From Dehalococcoidia bacterium (GTDB taxonomy: Bacteria > Chloroflexota > Dehalococcoidia > SZUA-161 > SpSt-899), in the NCBI GenBank assembly GCA_023271215.1, contig JALPYG010000002.1:1-44833 (forward strand): DNA of 44,833 nt. Direction: 5' to 3'. The translations under genes and the position numbers were made by a program. Below the pieces are notes generated by a model, which was given only the letters and a program-made list of their open reading frames with translations, searched no databases and had not been told where the DNA came from. Positions 24,813 through 33,937 of this stretch are shown piece after piece (positions within the stretch are counted from its first letter, which is position 1; every line of letters begins with the position of its first letter).

Positions 24813-26573
24813 TCAAAGCCCTCGCTTAGACATTATAACATTCCTGACCCGATCTTTAAATACCTCCAGTGATTCTCCCTTAAGATTCTCCCCGTTTCGC
24901 AAGCGAACAGCTACGGTGGAATCCTGAACCTCGCTGTCGCCCGTTATCAGCATATAAGGCACTTTAGCTAACTGCGCCTCTCTGATCTTCAGGTTCATCC
25001 TTTCTTTGCGATCATCCACTTCGACACGCAGTCCCTCATCCCTCAACTGACTACCAACTTGTTGGGCATAGTCCAGATGGCGATCAGCTATGGGAATTAC
25101 TTTTACCTGCACCGGCGCCAGCCATACCGGAAAAGCGCCGCCATAGTGTTCCACGAGGATGCCAAGGAATCGCTCCATGCTGCCCAACAACGTCCGGTGA
25201 ATCATGTAAGGCCAATGGCCTTTGCCGTCCTCACCTATGTAGGCCATGTCAAACCGTTCCGGCAAATTGAAGTCGAACTGGATCGTGGTGCATTGCCACA
25301 TCCTTTCCAGTGCGTCCTTAATCTTGATGTCAATCTTGGGCCCATAGAAAACCGCCTCGCCTTCTATCCGCTCGTAGGGCAGGTTTCGTGCTTCCAATGC
25401 TGCGACCAGCGATGCCTCGGCCTGTTCCCACATCACGTCATCGCCGGCGTATTTTTCCGGCGTTCCGGGGTCGCGCACACTTAATTCGAACTTGAACTCC
25501 TCAAATCCAAAACCCCGCAGCAGGTTCAAACTAAAGTCCAATACGCGCAGGATCTCGCCTTCGACCTGTTCCGGCGCGCAGAAGATGTGGGCATCGTCCT
25601 GTGTAAAGCCACGAACGCGCATCAACCCGCGCAGCGTTCCGCTGCGCTCATAGCGATAAACCGTGCCCAATTCCGCCCAGCGCAACGGCAGGTCGCGGTA
25701 GGAGCGTGTCTGCGACTTATAGATCATGATATGGAAGGGGCAGTTCATCGGCTTGACGTAGTAATCTTGTCCCTCAATGTCCATGGGCGAATACATGCCG
25801 TCCCTGTAAAAGTCGAGGTGCCCCGACCTCTCCCACAGTTGAGCACGGCCGATGTGCGGCGTGAAGACGATCTCGTACCCGCCTTCATAGTGTAATTTGC
25901 GCCAGTAGTCCTCGATCAGCACGCGTACGCGTCCACCCCCGGGATGCCAGAGGACAAGACCCGCCCCGACCCCTTCGTGGATGGTGAAGAGATCGAGTTC
26001 CCGGCCGAGTTTACGATGGTCTCTTTTGGCTGCCTCTTCGAGCTTGTTAAGGTGATCCGCAAGCTCGGACTCAGTTTCGAAGGCGGTGCCGTAAATCCGC
26101 TGCAGCATCGGTCGCCGCTCATCGCCACGCCAGTAAGCGCCGGCGATGCTGAGCAATTTGAAAGCCTTCAGCTCCCCTGTAGATGCCAGGTGCGGCCCGC
26201 GACAGAGGTCGGTGAAGCTCCCCTGCCGGTAGATCGTGACCGTCTCGCCGTCAAGTTCGTCGATCAACTCCAATTTGTAGGGCTGGGAATGGAATATAGG
26301 GCGTGCCGCTTTCTTGGTCACCTCCTGTTTAGCGAAGGGAGCATCGGCAGCGATCGAGCCCCGCATCTTTTCCTCGACGACGCTGAGATCGTCGGGGGTC
26401 AGGGGGCGGGGGAGTTCGAAATCATAGTAGAAGCCGTCTTCGGTCGCCGGCCCGATACCGAACTTGACGTCGGGAAAGAGCGCCTGCACCGCCTCAGCCA
26501 TGACATGAGCCGCCGAGTGACGCATCGCCTCCAGTCGATTTGCTTTCTTCTCTTGCTGCACGATTCCCACCAA
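24813..26573 (-). CDS. thrS: Threonine--tRNA ligase lacking the N-terminal TGS domain
   Basis: Editing-domain HSAAHVMAEAV sits at residue ~19, with class II catalytic motifs and an anticodon-binding domain. The start (TTG/GTG cluster 26561-26573) is uncertain. TTGACA-17-TAGACT lies upstream. Confidence 0.95.
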   Translation of the reverse strand: MVGIVQQEKKANRLEAMRHSAAHVMAEAVQALFPDVKFGIGPATEDGFYYDFELPRPLTPDDLSVVEEKMRGSIAADAPFAKQEVTKKAARPIFHSQPYKLELIDELDGETVTIYRQGSFTDLCRGPHLASTGELKAFKLLSIAGAYWRGDERRPMLQRIYGTAFETESELADHLNKLEEAAKRDHRKLGRELDLFTIHEGVGAGLVLWHPGGGRVRVLIEDYWRKLHYEGGYEIVFTPHIGRAQLWERSGHLDFYRDGMYSPMDIEGQDYYVKPMNCPFHIMIYKSQTRSYRDLPLRWAELGTVYRYERSGTLRGLMRVRGFTQDDAHIFCAPEQVEGEILRVLDFSLNLLRGFGFEEFKFELSVRDPGTPEKYAGDDVMWEQAEASLVAALEARNLPYERIEGEAVFYGPKIDIKIKDALERMWQCTTIQFDFNLPERFDMAYIGEDGKGHWPYMIHRTLLGSMERFLGILVEHYGGAFPVWLAPVQVKVIPIADRHLDYAQQVGSQLRDEGLRVEVDDRKERMNLKIREAQLAKVPYMLITGDSEVQDSTVAVRLRNGENLKGESLEVFKDRVRNVIMSKRGL

Positions 26574-26751
26574 GTAAGTCTAAGATATTTAGAGGAGCGT
26601 GTCAACAGGCAGGCATTTATTCCACAGATTTACTGCTTCGCTGCGGGATGGTATAATCGTCTCAACACGGCGTACCTCTTGCACAGTATTTCGTCGTCAT
26701 CAACATAAATCCGCAGTTCCGCCGGGCGCAGCGTACGAGAGGAACGGAGTG

Positions 26752-27567
26752 TCAAGCCCCATTGGCCATGGAGAGCACCATCATTGCTCGGAATACCTTG
26801 TAGACGGCAGGCATCTCCTCCCCTACCCATTCGACGGTGCGGCCGTCCACCCGCCGGCTGTCTGGAATCAGTCCAGCCATATCGGCGTGGCTAGCCCGCT
26901 GGAAAACGACACGTAGCGTGACCGGCCTGGATAGGACAAATGGTGACGCTTCAAGCCGCAGGGCACGCGCCGCCGCTTCCCGAATCTGTTCCTGCGCAAC
27001 ATCAGGATGCAAACAGCGAGCAGCGGTGCGCATTACACCATCCTTAACGGTCACCGTCTCGATGTTGCCCAGAAGGGCGCGCGCCTCATCCGTCGCAGCC
27101 CTGTCGCCGGTGACCAGGGCGACCGGGGTGCCGTATGCTCCGGCAAGGGCCGCATTAAGACCCACCTCGCCCACGCTCCGGCCGTTGAGGTATGCTTCGA
27201 CCACGATACCGGTCCAGCTATGTTCCAGCACCGCGGCACCGGTGCCCGACGCTGCGTGGTAACCGACGAAGAACACGACACCTATCTCCGGCCCCATGCC
27301 TTGCATCATACCGAACGGCTTTGGGCTGCCGGAGATCAACAGAGCTGCCGGGTTCAATTCCTCGATCAGAATGTTTGACATTCCGCCGTGGCTGTCGTTG
27401 ATGACAACCTGGGTGGCGCCTCCGGAGAGAGCTCCTTCGATAGCCGCGTTGGTCTCGGCGGTCATCAGCTTGCGGAAACGCTCATACTCCTTATGGCTGG
27501 ACGAGGTGTGATTGCCGCTCACCACGCCGGAGATCCCCTCCATGTCTACTGAGATCAGCACGTTCAT
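26752..27567 (-). CDS. M55-family D-aminopeptidase (DppA-like)
   Basis: MNVLISVDMEGISGV...VVINDSHGGM...GYHA..G. Confidence 0.8.
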   Translation of the reverse strand: MNVLISVDMEGISGVVSGNHTSSSHKEYERFRKLMTAETNAAIEGALSGGATQVVINDSHGGMSNILIEELNPAALLISGSPKPFGMMQGMGPEIGVVFFVGYHAASGTGAAVLEHSWTGIVVEAYLNGRSVGEVGLNAALAGAYGTPVALVTGDRAATDEARALLGNIETVTVKDGVMRTAARCLHPDVAQEQIREAAARALRLEASPFVLSRPVTLRVVFQRASHADMAGLIPDSRRVDGRTVEWVGEEMPAVYKVFRAMMVLSMANGA

Positions 27568-27605
27568 TGCAGTTATTCCTCCCCTTTATTCTTGGGTCTT
27601 GTCCA

Positions 27606-29171
27606 TCAAGAAAACGTCATCGTCTGTCCCTCTACGGGGACGCGCACCTCGATCCCGGTGTCCTTCAGGTTCTCGACAAAATACTCGGGGTGCTCAGTGT
27701 GGATGGGTATCAGAATTTGGGGGTTGATGCGGCGGATAAGCTCAAGGAGCTCGGGACCGCTGGCATGACCGGAGGAGTGGAAGCCTTTCTCATCCTCAGG
27801 GATTTCCCAGTTTAGACCCTCTCTTGGCAGGCCGATGGCCTTCATCCCGAAATGAGTAACCCAGTTGGCGAGACGCCGCATATCCATCGCCCCTTCTTCG
27901 TCGAACACCTCGGCGGAGGAGTAGATATAAGTTCCACCACCGGGGGGTGCGATGTCAATGAGATCGTTTAAGTCCCAGAAGCTGAAACAGAGGATGACAT
28001 CATGGGCGTTCTCACGAACATTAGATGGCGACATCAGCTTGTCGTGGTAGCGCCGGTGTATTTCCGCCTCCCATAGGGCAAGTCTCGATTTGAAGTCTTT
28101 ATAGATCATAATGTCGGGCATATCCCCGATCGAGGGCACTTCCTCCGATACGAGGTGCATCGCATCGAGCAAGTAGGCGTCCTTCGCCATGATGACAAGA
28201 TTGCGCCCAGTCTGGATAGCGATGCGGTGAAAGGCAAGGAGGCGCTCGACGTTACGGGCTCCGAAGTCGGAGATCACCAGTCCCCTGGCCTCGCTGACGG
28301 CCTTCAGGCAGTTCTCGTAGGCCTCTTCTTCACTGGTCCCGCGCTGGTCTCCACACCGCGTGCCCTCGCAGAGAAGAATGCGGGGGCGCAATTGCCGCAT
28401 GGCCGCGGCGAAGTTCTCGCTCTGTCCGCTCCCCTGGCCGTGAAACCTGAGATCGCCGGTATATCCTACCCATCCTGAGGAGGTCTCCACGGCGAAAGCC
28501 GCCGCCCCGGGGATAGAGTGATCCACCGGAAAGAGCTTCACCGGGAGATTGCCGATAAACTCTTGCGCGAAACGAAAGGAGTCTGAACCCAGCGGCCTCT
28601 TCTTTGTAGGCGATGAATTCCAGAAAGCCCGCGCCTCCTCGCTGATGGACAACGAATCCAGGAAGGCGAAAGGGCGCATCCTGTAGGTCCCTTGCGAACG
28701 CAGATAGCCCTCTTTCGACTCCCGTGGCAGGGAGTAGCAGACCTCCCCCTCAAAATTGGGGGGCGTGCTATCCTGCATCGCCTTGGCGATGAAGGCGGTC
28801 ATGGTAGTGGTATAGATAGGGATATCGTCGCGCAGGAACGATATATAGCCGCTGTGGTCCACGTGGGCATGGGTGAGCAACACGCCATCGATGGTCAACT
28901 CTCGATAGAGCGGCCGTGATCTGAATCTTTGCCATAGCTTCTTGCCGCCCATACCCTCTCGATAGATACCTCTCAACGGGGGGAGAATCCCCATTTCGAG
29001 CAGATCGAGGAGGCCGGCGCCAGGACGCGGATTGAGGTACTCCTCAAAATATCGGGCACGTTTCTTGAAGGGGAATCCAAAATCGAAGAAAAGGTTGACA
29101 TGACTGTCTTCAAGGAGGATCTTGTTCCCCCCGATCTCGTTCACGCCGCCGTAGAAGGTTAAAGATAACAT
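27606..29171 (-). CDS. Metallo-beta-lactamase fold nuclease of the beta-CASP / RNase J-like type
   Basis: YGGVNEIGGNKILLED...FDFG, LLTHAHVDHSGY (HxHxDH), and a late HSSGHAS motif. The preferred start MLSLTFYGG at 29171 lies 13 nt after the sbcD stop. Confidence 0.7.
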   Translation of the reverse strand: MLSLTFYGGVNEIGGNKILLEDSHVNLFFDFGFPFKKRARYFEEYLNPRPGAGLLDLLEMGILPPLRGIYREGMGGKKLWQRFRSRPLYRELTIDGVLLTHAHVDHSGYISFLRDDIPIYTTTMTAFIAKAMQDSTPPNFEGEVCYSLPRESKEGYLRSQGTYRMRPFAFLDSLSISEEARAFWNSSPTKKRPLGSDSFRFAQEFIGNLPVKLFPVDHSIPGAAAFAVETSSGWVGYTGDLRFHGQGSGQSENFAAAMRQLRPRILLCEGTRCGDQRGTSEEEAYENCLKAVSEARGLVISDFGARNVERLLAFHRIAIQTGRNLVIMAKDAYLLDAMHLVSEEVPSIGDMPDIMIYKDFKSRLALWEAEIHRRYHDKLMSPSNVRENAHDVILCFSFWDLNDLIDIAPPGGGTYIYSSAEVFDEEGAMDMRRLANWVTHFGMKAIGLPREGLNWEIPEDEKGFHSSGHASGPELLELIRRINPQILIPIHTEHPEYFVENLKDTGIEVRVPVEGQTMTFS

Positions 29172-29184
29172 GGGTTTATCCGTC

Positions 29185-30414
29185 TCAGACGTGAAGGGTG
29201 GCATCCGATGAGAGGCGTTCCCGGATGATTTTTTCCCCATAATTCAGCAGGACTGAGCTTCTTTCCGGGGATAAGTCACGAGTGTTCAGATAGGCTCTGA
29301 GCCCTTCCAGGGGAGTGATCTCCTCCGCCGAGTACGTCTCCAGCCGGTTGCGCACCTCTCGTTCTACCTCTTTGACCACCGCGGCCACAAAATGAGCTTC
29401 CTCTAATACCTGGCGCACCTCGCTGTCCTGAATCAATCCCGCCCTCTCTGGAGACACTTTGATGTGAAGACGCACGATGGCATCTTTGATATCTTTCTTG
29501 CCGATAGCCCGACGCACGGCTGCGGTGGGATCTTCAGCATTGGCGTTCACCTCGATGGTCACAAAGCGCCGCGTCTTGACCGGGTGGAACTCATAATGCG
29601 CCTTCCCCTTTTCCAGCTCGATGACACAGAATCCCTTCTCCTCGTTTTCCTCGTTGAAATCGATCGGCTGAAGACTGCCCGAGTAAACTATTGGAGGATT
29701 GAGTGAAAGAACCTGATGAGAGTGCAGGTGCCCGAGCGCGATATAGTCGAATGCTGGCAGGGGGATTTTCCCCTGATGCAGAACGTTGTCGCGGCCGATC
29801 ACGAGCGACCTCTCCGCCCCAATTCTTCCTGACGCAAGCGAAACGTGACCCGCGAGGATGGTTGGCAGGTCCGGATCAAGGTCTCTTACCAGCTTCTCGA
29901 GTTGCTCAACGATCAGCTCCTCCATTCTCTGGTTGAGTTGCTCCAGCGTGAGGTTCTTCACCTCATCTCTGGTAAGAAGCATGCTCCGCCCGACCCAGGG
30001 TAAGGCTACAATCTGAAGGTCACCGCTTCTGGTTTCGATGCGGTAGGCATCGATTCCATTCCCCACGATAACATTCTTGATGGATAGCGTATCGAAGATA
30101 TCCAGGGAGGTAGCCCTGCCGATAGCATTGGGCAGGTCGTGGTTGCCGACGAGCAAGAATACCTTGATGCCGCTTGTGGCGAGGAGTGCGATACGCCGGG
30201 CAAACTCGCGCTGCTGCGTCTGGGAGGGATCGCGCGTCTTGTAGGCATCGCCGCAGAAGAGGACCAGGTCTACCTCATGCCTGATGGCATACTCGACCAG
30301 TTCATCGAAGGCGGTGAGGAACTCCACCAGCCGCGAGGATAGTCCGGTAGCAGGATCGGTGCGGCCGTAGTTCTCCACACCCAGGTGGAGATCGGCGAAG
30401 TGAAGTATCCTCAT
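29185..30414 (-). CDS. sbcD: SbcD/Mre11-family DNA repair exonuclease
   Basis: MRILHFADLHLG...LVLFCGDAYK...LLVGNHDLP...GHVS...GHLH, the calcineurin-like phosphoesterase motifs. Confidence 0.85.
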   Translation of the reverse strand: MRILHFADLHLGVENYGRTDPATGLSSRLVEFLTAFDELVEYAIRHEVDLVLFCGDAYKTRDPSQTQQREFARRIALLATSGIKVFLLVGNHDLPNAIGRATSLDIFDTLSIKNVIVGNGIDAYRIETRSGDLQIVALPWVGRSMLLTRDEVKNLTLEQLNQRMEELIVEQLEKLVRDLDPDLPTILAGHVSLASGRIGAERSLVIGRDNVLHQGKIPLPAFDYIALGHLHSHQVLSLNPPIVYSGSLQPIDFNEENEEKGFCVIELEKGKAHYEFHPVKTRRFVTIEVNANAEDPTAAVRRAIGKKDIKDAIVRLHIKVSPERAGLIQDSEVRQVLEEAHFVAAVVKEVEREVRNRLETYSAEEITPLEGLRAYLNTRDLSPERSSVLLNYGEKIIRERLSSDATLHV

Positions 30415-30429
30415 TTGGGGAATATCCGG

Positions 30430-31404
30430 TCAGATAGTTAATATGTGAGGCATTCGAAGCAGGCTGGCGTCCAGTTCCTTGACCTTGGTCCAGGTGTCCT
30501 CGAGAGGTGTATAGACGATTTCCGATCCGATCTCTCCCACCATGCATCCGTGTTTTCCCTCGCGCAGCGTATTTACAGCAGCTATACCAAGCTTGCTGGC
30601 CAGGATTCTATCCCTCGCCGTGGGCGATCCCCCTCGCTGCACGTGTCCCAGCAAGACCACGCGATAATCCACCTTCATTATCTCCCCCACCATTTTCGCG
30701 ATTGCCTGGGCCCCGCCCGGGGTATTCCCCTCGGCCACTATAATCAGGGCGCTCTGCTGCCCCCCTCTCTTAAGGAATCTCTTTTGCAATCGTTGGGCCA
30801 GGGCAAGCGTATTGGTTTCCGTTTCAGGAATAATAATCTCACTGGCCCCACCCGCGACCCCCACCGCCAGGGCGATGAACCCCCTGGTACGCCCCATCAC
30901 CTCGACGAAGAAAAGCATCTCCAGCGAGTCGGCGGTGTCACGGATCTTGTCTATCGACTGGAGAGCGGTGTTTATGGCGGTATCGAATCCGATGGTATAA
31001 TCGGTGCCGTAGACATCGTTGTCGATTGTGCCAGGGATTCCCACAACCTTGACCCCGCCCATTTTGGCGAGGGCAGCGGCGGCCCGAAACGTCCCGTCGC
31101 CGCCTATGGTTATCAGCCCCTCTATTCTTTCTGACCGGAGCATATTGACGGCCTTTTCCAACCCCTCCGGGGTTTTCATCTCGGGGCAGCGGGAGCTATC
31201 CAGGAAGGTGCCCCCGCGCTCCAGGATGTGCCCCACCCTTTTTGGCCCCAGGCTTATCATGTCCCCCCCGATTAGTCCAGTGTAGCCGCGCCTGATTCCA
31301 ACGACCTCTATTTTTCGGGATGCTGCACTTCTGACAACAGCCCGGACGCAGGCATTCATGCCGGGTGCATCGCCGCCGCTGGTTAGAACACCGACTCTCT
31401 TCAT
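30430..31404 (-). CDS. pfkA: ATP-dependent 6-phosphofructokinase
   Basis: RVGVLTSGGDAPGMNA..., ITIGGDGT, GIPGTIDND, MGR, GHVQRGG. Confidence 0.9.
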   Translation of the reverse strand: MKRVGVLTSGGDAPGMNACVRAVVRSAASRKIEVVGIRRGYTGLIGGDMISLGPKRVGHILERGGTFLDSSRCPEMKTPEGLEKAVNMLRSERIEGLITIGGDGTFRAAAALAKMGGVKVVGIPGTIDNDVYGTDYTIGFDTAINTALQSIDKIRDTADSLEMLFFVEVMGRTRGFIALAVGVAGGASEIIIPETETNTLALAQRLQKRFLKRGGQQSALIIVAEGNTPGGAQAIAKMVGEIMKVDYRVVLLGHVQRGGSPTARDRILASKLGIAAVNTLREGKHGCMVGEIGSEIVYTPLEDTWTKVKELDASLLRMPHILTI

Positions 31405-31432
31405 GTTTACTCTCGCTGATGCTTTTAATTGA

Positions 31433-32173
31433 TTATACTCCGGGGAGAGACCGATGGCAACTGCGAAGGCTCTCTATCTCATCGGCGGATAGCTGGCGCA
31501 CCTCACCCTCTCCAAGGTCACCAAGCGCCAGATTGCCAATGCGCACTCGCCTCAAGGCGAGAACCTGGTAGCCCAGCTCCTCGAACATACGGCGCACCTG
31601 CCGCTTCCTCCCCTCGTGGATGGTGATACTGTAATTGAAGGACTCCATACCATGCACCATCCTCACGCGGGCGGGAGAGGTTGTGCCGTCGGCAAGTTCG
31701 ACACCTCTTTCCAGCCTCCGTCTCTCCGCTGGTTTGAGTATGCCATCTACGGCTACCAGATACTCCTTTTTCTGCTCGAACCTGGGGTGGGTGAGGTGGT
31801 AGGTCAGATCGCCATCGTTAGTGAGCAGCAGGAGCCCTGAGCTTTCTTTGTCCAGCCGTCCGACCGGATAGAGCCGCAAACCCCGGAATCTCCCGGGAAG
31901 GATGTCCAGCACCGTCTGGCGGCCTCTTTCGTCGCTGACGGTGGAGATAACGCCGCGGGGCTTGTGCAACAGGAGGCATATAGTCTGGGGCTTGGCCAGG
32001 CTCACTCGTTGCCCATCGAGGACAACAGAGTCCTCCTGGGGATTTATCGCCTGGCGAAAATCCTCGGCCACAATTCCGTTGACCTGTACCCGGCCCTGCC
32101 TGATGGCATCGGCCAGTTTGCGCCGGGAGCCAAGTCCGGCTTCGGCAAGGCATTTGAGCAGGTGGGTGGGCAT
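31433..32173 (-). CDS. Pseudouridine synthase, RsuA/RluB family (S4 domain + catalytic domain)
   Basis: The S4-like N-terminus GLGSRRKLADAIRQGRVQVNG and the catalytic motif PVGRLDKESSGLLLLTNDG. Confidence 0.85.
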   Translation of the reverse strand: MPTHLLKCLAEAGLGSRRKLADAIRQGRVQVNGIVAEDFRQAINPQEDSVVLDGQRVSLAKPQTICLLLHKPRGVISTVSDERGRQTVLDILPGRFRGLRLYPVGRLDKESSGLLLLTNDGDLTYHLTHPRFEQKKEYLVAVDGILKPAERRRLERGVELADGTTSPARVRMVHGMESFNYSITIHEGRKRQVRRMFEELGYQVLALRRVRIGNLALGDLGEGEVRQLSADEIESLRSCHRSLPGV

Positions 32174-32179
32174 AATATC

Positions 32180-32887
32180 TTAAGCACGCTTCCTAAAGAT
32201 CAAATCATAGCGAAAGTAAGGAATGAAGGGAAGTCTGCCTACTTCAGCCACCAGTCTTGGCATCCACCTCTGTTGCAGACTTAGAACCCTGGCCTCTTTC
32301 CGTTCAGCCCTGGGGAATTCACCCGCATAGCGAAAACCAAGGATATCCAGCGTTTCAATCCACGAGTCTTTAGAGCGTATATTTATATGACTGGGGTCTC
32401 TGGCAGCTATAATGCCAAGCAAGGAGTCTGCAAGCTTTGAAGGCACCGATATATACAATGCGCCATCTGTCTTCAAGACACGCCGCATCTCGCAAATCGC
32501 TTGATCGTTATTAGCTAAGTGCTCAACAACATCCAGGCACGTTATCAAATCAAAGATACCGCTTTCAAAGGGCAATCCTTCATGGTCAATATTTACCTTC
32601 AGTAGATACTCCTGCAGCTCCTCCGGCGCAGAAGACAGAGCATATTCAGATAGGTCAATGCCGTAAGAATCAACGCCAAGTTCTCGAAAGATATGGACAA
32701 GGTATCCCCTGGCGCAACCAACATCCAGCACTTGCTGCGGTTTAAACAGCCCGACTAATGCTTTGGCTATCACGCTGAAATAGGGGCGCATTTTAGCAAA
32801 TGAATATCCCCGATGATACTTGTCGAAATAGTGTTCATCGTAATACAATGCAGTTCTCCTTAATCTCTCGCCCGAAGCTGGCCGCAT
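32180..32887 (-). CDS. Class I SAM-dependent methyltransferase
   Basis: VLDVGCARGYLV (motif I), and DLITCLDVVEHL. Confidence 0.8.
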   Translation of the reverse strand: MRPASGERLRRTALYYDEHYFDKYHRGYSFAKMRPYFSVIAKALVGLFKPQQVLDVGCARGYLVHIFRELGVDSYGIDLSEYALSSAPEELQEYLLKVNIDHEGLPFESGIFDLITCLDVVEHLANNDQAICEMRRVLKTDGALYISVPSKLADSLLGIIAARDPSHINIRSKDSWIETLDILGFRYAGEFPRAERKEARVLSLQQRWMPRLVAEVGRLPFIPYFRYDLIFRKRA

Positions 32888-33936
32888 CCGGCGTGGACGT
32901 CGAGCCCCCTCCTCAGCCGGATGGTATTCGAGACGTGATGGCGGGTAAGAGTCTCATGGAAGGCTTGAATCCGGGCTCGGTGAGGGGGCTTAAACTCTGG
33001 AGTGGGATTGACCGGGATGAGATTAACGTGGCAATTGAGTCCTCGCAGCAGCTCCGCCAGCTCGATGGCAAGTGGCACGGAGTCGTTGACGCTGCGTATG
33101 AGGGTATACTCGAAAGTGATCCGGCGACGGGTGGCCTCAACGTAACTCCGGCAAGCCGGGATAAGCACCTCCAGGGGATACATCCTGTTGGGGGGTGCCA
33201 GGAGGTCGCGGAGCTCGTTGTTGGGGGCATGCAAGGAGACCGCCAGCCCCACCTGCAGCTTTTTGTGGCTCAGTTTCTTGATGGCGGAGGGAATCCCAAT
33301 CGTCGAGATGGTCAGGTGTCTCGCTCCCAGCCCGAAGAGTCCCGGAGAGGTCAGATTCTCCACCGCTCGCCAGACGGCTTCAAAATTGACCAGTGGCTCT
33401 CCCATGCCCATAAAGACCACATTCGATAGTCGATAGTCGATAGTCGATAGTCCCTCACCCCGCCCCGGACTGCCGACTGCCGACTGCTGACTGATCAGTC
33501 GGCGGGAGAAGAAAAGAACCTGATCGGTGATCTCGGCGGGGGTCAGGTTGCGCTCGAAACCGCTGGCCCCGGTGGCGCAGAGGGGGCAGCCGAAGGCACA
33601 ACCGACCTGAGAGGAGACGCAAACGGTGCGTCGTTTATCGTACATCATCAGGACGGATTCGACGGTGTTCCCGTCACTGAGGCGAAAGAGCACCTTGGTG
33701 CTGCTGCCGTCGCGGGAGGTCGCCTCGGTTACCGGAAATATGGATTGAAAAGAGAACTTTGAATCCAGACTTTCCCGCAGCTTCGGGGGCAGATTGCTCA
33801 TGGCAGAGAAATCGCTGATCGGCTTGCGATAGACCCAGTCGAGTATCTGCCTGGCGCGGTATTGGGGCTCTCCCCAGTCGGAGAGGACGTCCCTGAGGTC
33901 ATTTAATGAGAGCTCAGTTATAGCGATCTCAGGCAA
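32860..33936 (-). CDS. rlmN: 23S rRNA/tRNA adenine-C2 methyltransferase RlmN (radical SAM), carrying an in-frame repeat-element insertion
   Basis: QYRARQILDWVY, CVSSQVGCAFGCPLCATG, NVVFMGMGEP, SLHAPN. A likely TTG start at 33936 sits just after the glyQS stop. The listed ORF start at 34029 overlaps glyQS. Confidence 0.85.
   Translation of the reverse strand: MPEIAITELSLNDLRDVLSDWGEPQYRARQILDWVYRKPISDFSAMSNLPPKLRESLDSKFSFQSIFPVTEATSRDGSSTKVLFRLSDGNTVESVLMMYDKRRTVCVSSQVGCAFGCPLCATGASGFERNLTPAEITDQVLFFSRRLISQQSAVGSPGRGEGLSTIDYRLSNVVFMGMGEPLVNFEAVWRAVENLTSPGLFGLGARHLTISTIGIPSAIKKLSHKKLQVGLAVSLHAPNNELRDLLAPPNRMYPLEVLIPACRSYVEATRRRITFEYTLIRSVNDSVPLAIELAELLRGLNCHVNLIPVNPTPEFKPPHRARIQAFHETLTRHHVSNTIRLRRGLDVHAGCGQLRARD
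33424..33504. repeat. Heptamer/G-core repeat element located inside the rlmN coding sequence
   Basis: (GATAGTC)x4, then cctcaccccgccccg, then (GACTGCC)x3, then gactgctgactgatcagtcggcg. It is translated as ..RRLISQQSAVGSPGRGEGLSTIDYRLS.. Confidence 0.85.
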
Positions 33937-33937
33937 T

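Noticed and set aside
26574-26751. Possible T-box or other leader upstream of thrS (and of the other aaRS genes).
   Set aside because: The region is short and contains a promoter-like TTGACA-17-TAGACT close to the RBS. I could not see a specifier-loop/T-box consensus or a terminator/antiterminator pair. An Infernal scan would be needed to be certain.
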